A stretch of 64,000 bases of DNA from contig JAGLRN010000069.1 of assembly GCA_023136265.1 (NCBI GenBank), positions 8,680 through 72,679 on the forward strand, read 5' to 3'. The position numbers and the translations under genes are program-made. Shown in pieces: positions 17,701 through 23,855 of the stretch. The notes under the pieces were generated by a model. That model had not been told where the DNA came from. It was given only the letters and a program-made list of their open reading frames with translations, and did no database searches. This stretch comes from Thermoplasmata archaeon (GTDB lineage: Archaea; Thermoplasmatota; Thermoplasmata; RBG-16-68-12; JAGMCJ01). Each line of letters opens with the position of its first letter. Within the stretch, counting starts at the first letter, position 1.

Positions 17701-18409
17701 CGGCGACCTCCCTGAACTTCTTCCAATTGATGTTCCACGGGTAGGCGCTGTACCCCGCGATGACAAGCTTCGGTCTGTGCTCCTTGGCGAGCCTCTTCAG
17801 CTCTTTGAAGTTGAACTTGCCGGTCCTGTCGTCCGGGTAGTAGGGGATCACGTTGTAGTACCGTCCGGAGCGGTTCACCTCGCTCCCGTGGGTGAGATGT
17901 CCGCCCGCGTTCAGCGCCATCCCCATGACCGTGTCGCCGGGCTCAAGGAAGGCGTTGTAGACGGCGTTGTTGGCGATAGCGCCCGAGAGCGGCTGGACGT
18001 TCGTGTGAATCTCGTCCGCGGATATCTCGTCCGTCGCGAAGATCTCCGCCAGTCTCTTCTCCGCCAGGTTCTCCATGACGTTGACGTACTCACAGCCCTT
18101 GTAGTACCTCCTGTCCGCGTATCTGCGCTGATGCGTCATCTGGTGCTCGTAGTCCGTTGCCAGCCCCCTGTCCTCCTTGTCCATCCTGACCGATGGATGC
18201 CCCTCGGCGTAGAGGTTCGCGAAGGCGGACGCGACCGCCTCCCTCACCGGGCTGGGACAATAGCTCTCGGATGCGATCATTATGAGCTTCCTATCCTGCC
18301 TCTCCTCCTCGAAGCCTATGAGGTCAGCGACCTCCTTGTCGATATCCTCGAGGCGAGCGTTGAAGACCAAATCCGCGTAAGTTCTCTTGGCCATGCGACC
18401 ACTCCTCAT
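14750..18409 (-). CDS. glyA: Tri-domain fusion: serine hydroxymethyltransferase (GlyA/SHMT, about aa 1-480) fused to two tandem aminomethyltransferase (glycine-cleavage T protein, GcvT)-like units (about aa 500-790 and 800-1219)
   Basis: SHMT motifs: [46 protein letters not shown] (PLP-Lys region). Canonical GcvT unit: [48 protein letters not shown]...[17 protein letters not shown]...[23 protein letters not shown]. A degenerate paralogous GcvT unit lies upstream of it ([15 protein letters not shown]...DDVVVMR...[17 protein letters not shown]). It is one continuous 1219-aa ORF. Confidence 0.8.
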   Translation of the reverse strand: [1219 protein letters not shown]

Positions 18410-18735
18410 GCTATTGCCAAGTGATAGTTGCTCATAAGATTATTCTTTTGGAATCGCTCATTGTCCGAGTGGGGGCAAACCCAACCTAGCGCATCTCAAA
18501 GGGACTGAACAAGCAAGGGCGATGCTATGACAATCCGAGAGAGACAAGATCGACTTCCTGCATGGGTGGGAAAGGAGTCTAGTTCGAGGAGGATGTTCCA
18601 GCACAACTGAGGGGGTGTCAGTATGTGGAATATCGCGGTGGCTGTACTTGACGGTCGGCTGGTGCAAAACATGGTATGTACCACAATAGTTTCAAATAGT
18701 CTGGAGAGGTTCGAACACAAAGTGGAGGCCTCAAG

Positions 18736-19875
18736 ATGAAAGGGAAGGTATTGGCAATCTTCGCGGTGACTTCGCTCGGATTCCTCTTCATTCCGCTCTC
18801 CATTTCTGAGCCAGCGGCCGCTTCTTCGGTGACTCTTTTCGAACCGACCGAGATTGAGAGCAGTTCACTGCGATTGCGTTATTCAGATCACCCATATCAG
18901 GAACCAGATCCTGACGGAGAGGGAATCTGCTATTTTGACGGGATGGAAGTTCACACATCAACCGTACCTAGTTTCGCACCAGGCTTGGACACTCGGTATG
19001 GAACCGCCTATGGCTCTGGATCGACTCGCGTGCATGGCCTGACGCCTTCCACAACTCACTACTTCAAGATCGTCGTATTGCACAGAAGTGGATATGGCCA
19101 GGGGGAACCTTCATGTTCTCTCGAGGGAGAAGCCTCAAATGAGGTCTCTGCGACCACCCTACCATCTGCGGTATACTTCCGGGAAGCTGTCGCCAATCCC
19201 GATAGGCCATGGGACACTCTTGATCTGTCCTGGAGAGCGAACAGGGACGTAGAGGGCTTCCAGAAATATGTCGTCGAACGCGCTTCTGCTGCGAATTTTT
19301 CGGATGCCATCACGGCAGCCACTATCGAGAATCAGGCAACGGAGCAGTATTCAATTCGCGGACTGTCACCATCCACCGCCTATTTCTTCAGAATAGCAGT
19401 CCACGCTACAACGGGAGAAACAAGTCTCTCATCTCTGATTGCCGCGACTACGGAAGATGTGCCAGATGTAATCGCGGTTTCGCTTTATGTACCCTTCAGT
19501 TCGGATGTCACACAAACCAGCGTCGGCCTGAGCTGGCATCACGCACATGATAGATATTGCGAGAAACATGTCATCGAAAGAGCCACATCACCTGATTTCA
19601 CTGGTTCTGTATCCATCATCGTGAAAGACTGCAACATCACGGAATACAACTGGGGAGGTCTGAAAGCTGGTACGAAGTACTACTTCAGAGTGGTATCACA
19701 CAACACTGCTGGCATCGAGGCAACATCCAACACCGTCACTGCAACCACGAGGTCTCAGTCGGTACCCGTGACTGAAATCGTGATTGCTGCGAATACCGTA
19801 ATCTTGGTCATGATCCTGCTGCTGGTCCTGATATCACTAATGAGGAAGAAGACCAAATCCGGCAAGCAAGAATAA
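18736..19875 (+). CDS. Surface protein with a signal peptide, three fibronectin type III-like domains and a C-terminal TM anchor
   Basis: Signal peptide MKGKVLAIFAVTSLGFLFIPLSISEPAAA. Three FN3-like blocks ending GLTPSTTHYFKIVV, GLSPSTAYFFRIAV and GLKAGTKYYFRVVS. C-terminal IVIAANTVILVMILLLVLISLMRKKTKSGKQE. The gene and its upstream region are visibly less GC-rich than the neighbours. Confidence 0.7.
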   Translation: MKGKVLAIFAVTSLGFLFIPLSISEPAAASSVTLFEPTEIESSSLRLRYSDHPYQEPDPDGEGICYFDGMEVHTSTVPSFAPGLDTRYGTAYGSGSTRVHGLTPSTTHYFKIVVLHRSGYGQGEPSCSLEGEASNEVSATTLPSAVYFREAVANPDRPWDTLDLSWRANRDVEGFQKYVVERASAANFSDAITAATIENQATEQYSIRGLSPSTAYFFRIAVHATTGETSLSSLIAATTEDVPDVIAVSLYVPFSSDVTQTSVGLSWHHAHDRYCEKHVIERATSPDFTGSVSIIVKDCNITEYNWGGLKAGTKYYFRVVSHNTAGIEATSNTVTATTRSQSVPVTEIVIAANTVILVMILLLVLISLMRKKTKSGKQE

Positions 19876-19948
19876 TGTCCATCGTCCTGCGGCTTGCAGG
19901 AAATGCATAGGTTCATCAGATGCATTCTGTATCTGCAGAGTCTGGGAT

Positions 19949-20551
19949 ATGGTCATCGTGAGGGTCTGTGGGATCGTCGGCAGTCCGGTCAAGAAGGGGA
20001 ACGTGGACCTGCTCGTGTCGCGAGTTCTGGAGGGCGCCAAGAGCGAGGGAGCGGAGACCGAGAAGATATATCTGAACGACCTGAAGATCAGGCCCTGCCA
20101 GGACTGCGTGAAGGACCCCGATCCCGAGTACTGCCTCTTCGACGATGACATGAATGTCATCTATGACGCCCTGGACTCGTGCGACGTCATCGTCCTGGGT
20201 TCTCCCTTGTACTTCGACACCGTGAGTGCACAGACGAAGCTGATGATTGACCGCTGCAACTGTCTGATGCCCTACGTGAAGCATGAGGACGGCACGTATG
20301 GTTTTGAGAGAAGGAAAAAGAGTCGGAACAAGGGAGTATTCGTCGCGGTCGGCGGGCAGGACAGGGACTTCACGCCCATCCTGACGACCGTGAAGGCGTT
20401 CTTCAAGTGGGCGAACATCGAGTTTGTTGACAAGATTTTCTACGGTCAGACGGACGAGGTCAGGGGCGGCGTCAAGGACGACGAGGAGACCATGGCTAAG
20501 GCATTTGAGATTGGCGTCAGAATCACCGCGCCAGCAGAACGGACGGAATAG
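19949..20551 (+). CDS. NAD(P)H-dependent FMN reductase / flavodoxin-fold oxidoreductase
   Basis: MVIVRVCGIVGSPVKKGNVDLL...DVIVLGSPLYFDTVSAQTKLMIDR, as in the NADPH-dependent FMN reductase / iron-sulfur flavoprotein family. 200 aa. Confidence 0.65.
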   Translation: MVIVRVCGIVGSPVKKGNVDLLVSRVLEGAKSEGAETEKIYLNDLKIRPCQDCVKDPDPEYCLFDDDMNVIYDALDSCDVIVLGSPLYFDTVSAQTKLMIDRCNCLMPYVKHEDGTYGFERRKKSRNKGVFVAVGGQDRDFTPILTTVKAFFKWANIEFVDKIFYGQTDEVRGGVKDDEETMAKAFEIGVRITAPAERTE

Positions 20552-20554
20552 TCG

Positions 20555-20680
20555 CTATTCGACCTTCACCATAGCCTGGCCGCAGCAGATGAGCTCTCCG
20601 CCACCAGCTTCCTTGACCTCGACGACGTTCCCGCAGACCTCGCACCGAAACACTTCACCCACTTCGCTAACATGAACCAT
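20555..20680 (-). CDS. dsr: Desulforedoxin (a 41-aa rubredoxin-type Fe(Cys)4 protein). It is absent from the ORF track because it is shorter than 60 aa
   Basis: The minus-strand translation [41 protein letters not shown] matches the desulforedoxin signature C-x2-C-G...GGG.L.CCG..M. It is preceded by GGTGG about 6 nt upstream. It sits between the FMN reductase and ubiE genes. Confidence 0.7.
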   Translation of the reverse strand: MVHVSEVGEVFRCEVCGNVVEVKEAGGGELICCGQAMVKVE

Positions 20681-20816
20681 TCTTCCACCTGGAGTCTGAG
20701 TCTCACAATTCAAAGAGCTTATGTAAATCTTACGACTTCTTCATAGGGTGGAACGGTCCGATGGAATGGTTAGGAATGACGCACACGCGGGTTATCGACC
20801 TGGATCGCTCAGGAAG

Positions 20817-21509
20817 ATGTTTCAGGACGTCTCGGATGAGTACGACTTGCTGAACCGTCTCCTGACCTTCGGACTGGACCGTCGTTGGAGGGCGAGGGCC
20901 ACGACATCATGCCTCGAGGACTCTCCCGGAGCGATTCTGGATCTGTGCTGCGGGACGGGCGACCTTCTCTTCACGATCCTGAGGCGGGCCCACGGCGGGT
21001 CAAGGGTGCTCGGCTTGGACTTCACAGAAGCGATGATAGGCAGGGCCAGCATGGCGGCGGGCCGGTCGAAGCCGCTGGTCCTCGCGGACGCGGGCCATCT
21101 GCCGTTCAGGGGCGAATCGTTCGACTGCGTGGCAATCGCCTTCTCGTTCAGGAACCTGCTCTACAAGAACCCCGCCATCGACAGGTACCTGGCCGAGGTC
21201 CTGAGGGTGCTGAGACCTGGCGGGCACTTCGTCATCGTGGAGACAAGCCAACCCGAATCGGACGTCCTCAGGAAGGTCTACCACGCGTATCTGAGGACGA
21301 TCGTGCCCTTCGTTGGCGGGGCGGCATCGGGGAACAAGGGCGCGTACACGTATCTCAGCAAATCCGCGACGAATTTCCCCGCTCCGGAGGAGGTTGCCAC
21401 CGTCCTGCGCGGGGCGGGCTTCAGCGAGGTCGGCTTCGAACCCCTCCTCCTCGGGATGGTCGGGATACACAAAGCCACGAAACAGGCGGGTTCGGAGAAA
21501 GAATCATAA
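20817..21509 (+). CDS. ubiE: UbiE/MenG-family SAM-dependent methyltransferase
   Basis: N-terminal MFQDVSDEYDLLNRLLTFGLDRRWR (a UbiE-type N-terminus), a SAM motif ILDLCCGTGD, and LRPGGHFVIVE. The listed ORF starts earlier, at 20748. Confidence 0.7.
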   Translation: MFQDVSDEYDLLNRLLTFGLDRRWRARATTSCLEDSPGAILDLCCGTGDLLFTILRRAHGGSRVLGLDFTEAMIGRASMAAGRSKPLVLADAGHLPFRGESFDCVAIAFSFRNLLYKNPAIDRYLAEVLRVLRPGGHFVIVETSQPESDVLRKVYHAYLRTIVPFVGGAASGNKGAYTYLSKSATNFPAPEEVATVLRGAGFSEVGFEPLLLGMVGIHKATKQAGSEKES

Positions 21510-21532
21510 ATGTGAACTCAGATGGCGAAGTC

Positions 21533-21967
21533 ATGAGAATGAAGAGCAACGACTTCGAGGATGGTGGAGACATCCCCTCTGGCTTCACTTGCGACGGAGA
21601 GGACATATCGCCCCATCTCGTCTGGGAGGAGGTCCCGGAGGGAGCGAAGAGCCTGGCGCTCATCATGGACGACCCTGATGCTCCAATGGGGACCTGGGTG
21701 CACTGGCTTCTGAGCGACATCCCGCCCGACACAAGAGAGATGCCTCAGAACTCGAGGCCCGAGGGCTCCCGCCAAGTGACGAACGATTTCGGGAGGGAGG
21801 ACTACGGAGGGCCTTGCCCGCCGAGTGGGACTCACAGGTACTACTTCAAGCTGTACGCGCTCAACGTCGAGAAGATCCTGGCGACCGAGAAGAGGGCCTT
21901 CTACCGCGAAGTGGAGGAGCACAAGATCGGCGAAGCCGTCATCATGGGAAGGTTCACCCGGAAGTAG
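21533..21967 (+). CDS. YbhB/YbcL-family phosphatidylethanolamine-binding (PEBP/RKIP) protein
   Basis: ISPHLVWEEVPEGAKSLALIMDDPDAP...GTWVHWLLSDIP...YGGPCPPSGTHRYYFKLYAL is the classic PEBP core. The longer listed ORF (from 20885) is an out-of-context N-terminal extension overlapping ubiE. Confidence 0.75.
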   Translation: MRMKSNDFEDGGDIPSGFTCDGEDISPHLVWEEVPEGAKSLALIMDDPDAPMGTWVHWLLSDIPPDTREMPQNSRPEGSRQVTNDFGREDYGGPCPPSGTHRYYFKLYALNVEKILATEKRAFYREVEEHKIGEAVIMGRFTRK

Positions 21968-21987
21968 CCTGAGCCGCCGAAAAACCG

Positions 21988-21994
21988 TTAAATA
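21988..21994 (+). promoter_or_regulatory. TATA-like box (TTAAATA) about 32 nt upstream of cooT
   Basis: An AT-rich element within a GC-rich intergenic region, at an archaeal-promoter distance from the ATG at 22026. Confidence 0.3.
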
Positions 21995-22025
21995 CCTTCC
22001 TTACTTTCTCCGAGCCAGTGAGAAC

Positions 22026-22214
22026 ATGTGCGAATCCACTGTATACGTTGAGATGGGCGGAGAGGAGACCGAGCTCATGAAGGACGTCGCCAAGATCGAG
22101 GTGAACGGCAAGACGATAACCTGCATAGACATCATGGGCGAGATGAAGACCGTCCAGGGGACGGTGAAGAGAGCTGACTTCGTGAACCACCGGTTCCTCA
22201 TTTCCTCCAAGTAG
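22026..22214 (+). CDS. cooT: CooT-like nickel-binding CODH maturation factor (62 aa, N-terminal Met-Cys)
   Basis: MCESTVYVEMGGEETELMKDVAKIEVNGKTITCIDIMGEMKTVQGTVKRADFVNHRFLISSK: the invariant Cys2, the size, and the ...DLxxHRxxI tail typical of the CooT family. It sits immediately upstream of cooC. Confidence 0.6.
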   Translation: MCESTVYVEMGGEETELMKDVAKIEVNGKTITCIDIMGEMKTVQGTVKRADFVNHRFLISSK

Positions 22215-22221
22215 GTCTCCG

Positions 22222-23013
22222 ATGGCCCAGAGGATAGGAATTGCCGGCAAAGGCGGCGTGGGCAAGACCACGCTAGCGGGAACCCTGGCGAGACTTCTAG
22301 CCAGGCGCGGAAAGAAGGTGCTGGCGGTCGACATCGACCCGTCTCCCAGCCTCGCGTCCGCGGTGGGGATACCGGAGGAGGAGAGAAAGAACCTGGTCCC
22401 GCTCTCCCGCATGCTGGACCTCATAGAGGAGAGGACGGGCGTGAGGCCAGGATCCTCCTACGGACAGATGTTCAAGCTCAACCCGAAGGTGGACGACCTC
22501 GTTGACACGTACGGCGCGATCGCGAAGGACGGCGTGAGACTCATCGTCCTAGGTACCATCGAACTGGGCGGGAGCGGATGCTTCTGCCCCGAGAACGCGT
22601 TGCTGAAGCGGCTCCTGAGGCACCTCGTTCTGGACAGGGACGAGGTCCTGATAATGGACATGGAGGCAGGGGTCGAGCATCTGGGCAGGGGCACGGCGGA
22701 GGGCGTAGACGTTCTCGTCATCGTAGTGGAGCCCGGGACGAAGTCCATCGAGACGGCGGGGAGGATAAGGAAGCTGGCGGAGGACGTGGGCATCGGCAGG
22801 GTTGTCGCGGTCCTGAACAAATCGCTCGGACAGGACGACTTCACCCGCTCGAAGCTTGCGGACATAGGCATAGAGCTGGTCGGGTCGATTCCATATAGGC
22901 CGTGCATAATCGAGGCGGACATGAAGGATATCCCACCAATCGACGACGAGGACTGCTCGGAGATCGTCGCGGCAATCGAGGACATCGGGGAGAAACTGGG
23001 ACTCCCGGACTGA
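22222..23013 (+). CDS. cooC: CO dehydrogenase maturation ATPase CooC (MinD/ParA-type, Ni insertion)
   Basis: Walker A GIAGKGGVGKTT, deviant P-loop architecture, and the CxC nickel-binding motif GSGCFCPENALL. Confidence 0.85.
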   Translation: MAQRIGIAGKGGVGKTTLAGTLARLLARRGKKVLAVDIDPSPSLASAVGIPEEERKNLVPLSRMLDLIEERTGVRPGSSYGQMFKLNPKVDDLVDTYGAIAKDGVRLIVLGTIELGGSGCFCPENALLKRLLRHLVLDRDEVLIMDMEAGVEHLGRGTAEGVDVLVIVVEPGTKSIETAGRIRKLAEDVGIGRVVAVLNKSLGQDDFTRSKLADIGIELVGSIPYRPCIIEADMKDIPPIDDEDCSEIVAAIEDIGEKLGLPD

Positions 23014-23063
23014 ACGATAGCTTTTTTCACAGGAAGGCATTCCGCTCTGCAAGGAGGTGCAAC

Positions 23064-23246
23064 ATGCCATTCATAAACGTCTACATGTGGCCAAGGGACA
23101 AGGAGAAGAAGCAGAAGCTCGCGCGAGCTATAACGGACGCCTTCGTGAGAATTGCGGGTATCCCACCAGACTCGATCTGGATCGTCTTCAACGACGTGGA
23201 GAAGTCCAATTGGGCCTCGGCGGGAGAGCTTGTCTCCGAGGATTAG
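23064..23246 (+). CDS. 4-oxalocrotonate tautomerase-family protein (60 aa, Pro1)
   Basis: MPFINVYMWPRDKEKKQKLARAITDAFVRIAGIPPDSIWIVFNDVEK..., the tautomerase-superfamily beta-alpha-beta fold signature with Pro after the initiator Met. A strong SD AAGGAGGTG lies 5 nt upstream. Confidence 0.65.
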   Translation: MPFINVYMWPRDKEKKQKLARAITDAFVRIAGIPPDSIWIVFNDVEKSNWASAGELVSED

Positions 23247-23354
23247 CATCCGTCGCAGCAAGTCGAACTTCGTCTTTTGCCGAAGATGATTCGCAAAAGC
23301 CAGCATCTGGCGGTTCGTGAAATGGGAAAAGAATCGGTGGCCAAGTAGGTCAGG

Positions 23355-23362
23355 TTTATAAA
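23355..23362 (+). promoter_or_regulatory. TATA box (TTTATAAA) about 55 nt upstream of the GTG start of the ferredoxin/cooS/acs genes
   Basis: A perfect archaeal TATA consensus in the 170-nt intergenic region, with GGGGGT SD-like sequence just before the start at 23417. Confidence 0.45.
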
Positions 23363-23416
23363 CAAGCGGTGTATACGACATAACCGGATTGTTGGCCATC
23401 TAATCGGGGGTAGTGA

Positions 23417-23845
23417 GTGAAGAAAGTCAAGTTTGACAAGGATATCTGCATGAGTTGCAGGGCTTGCGAGACCGCGTGCGGGGAGAGGCATTCCGACCAC
23501 TTGAATTGGCCGGACATCCTTCTTACGGAGCCGAGGCCGATCCCGCGTGTCAGGGTCTCTCTGAAGAAGGGTAACCCGTACCTCGCAAGGTGCCAGTTCT
23601 GCAAGAACCCGAAGTGCATGGAGGTCTGCGAGTTCGATGCCATCACGCAGGAAGAGGACGGGTTCGTGAGATTCGACGCGGAGAAGTGCACGGGATGTTG
23701 GGAGTGCTTGGAGGCATGCCCATTCGACTGCATAGAGAAGGACGAGGTCAACGAAGTCGCGATCAGGTGCGATCTCTGCGAGGAGTATGAGAACCTAGCC
23801 TGCGTCTCGGCCTGTCCGACTGATGCTTTGACGGTGAAGGAATAG
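23417..23845 (+). CDS. cooF: CooF-like ferredoxin with four [4Fe-4S] cluster motifs
   Basis: Four Cys clusters: CMSCRACETAC, CQFCKNPKCMEVC, CTGCWECLEACP, CDLCEEYENLACVSACP. The gene has a GTG start. Confidence 0.7.
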   Translation: MKKVKFDKDICMSCRACETACGERHSDHLNWPDILLTEPRPIPRVRVSLKKGNPYLARCQFCKNPKCMEVCEFDAITQEEDGFVRFDAEKCTGCWECLEACPFDCIEKDEVNEVAIRCDLCEEYENLACVSACPTDALTVKE

Positions 23846-23855
23846 GAGGAATAAC

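Noticed and set aside
16409-18424. 671-aa plus-strand ORF, plus several shorter ones, antisense to the glyA-gcvT fusion
   Set aside because: Proline, arginine and valine-rich low-complexity translation typical of antisense frames in high-GC DNA. The opposite strand encodes unmistakable SHMT and GcvT motifs.
18690-18712. GGTTCGAAC sequence resembling a tRNA T-loop
   Set aside because: There is no acceptor-stem or anticodon-arm complementarity around it, and it lies in the AT-rich promoter region of the FN3 gene. No tRNA is supported anywhere in the window.
20885-21967. 360-aa listed ORF
   Set aside because: Its first about 215 codons overlap ubiE in another frame and translate to Arg/Gly/Pro-rich junk. 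Only the C-terminal 144 aa (from ATG 21533) form the PEBP domain.
21954-22424. 156-aa minus-strand ORF overlapping cooT and the cooC start
   Set aside because: It has no motifs. The plus-strand alternative gives a CooT-like peptide plus a canonical CooC N-terminus with Walker A.
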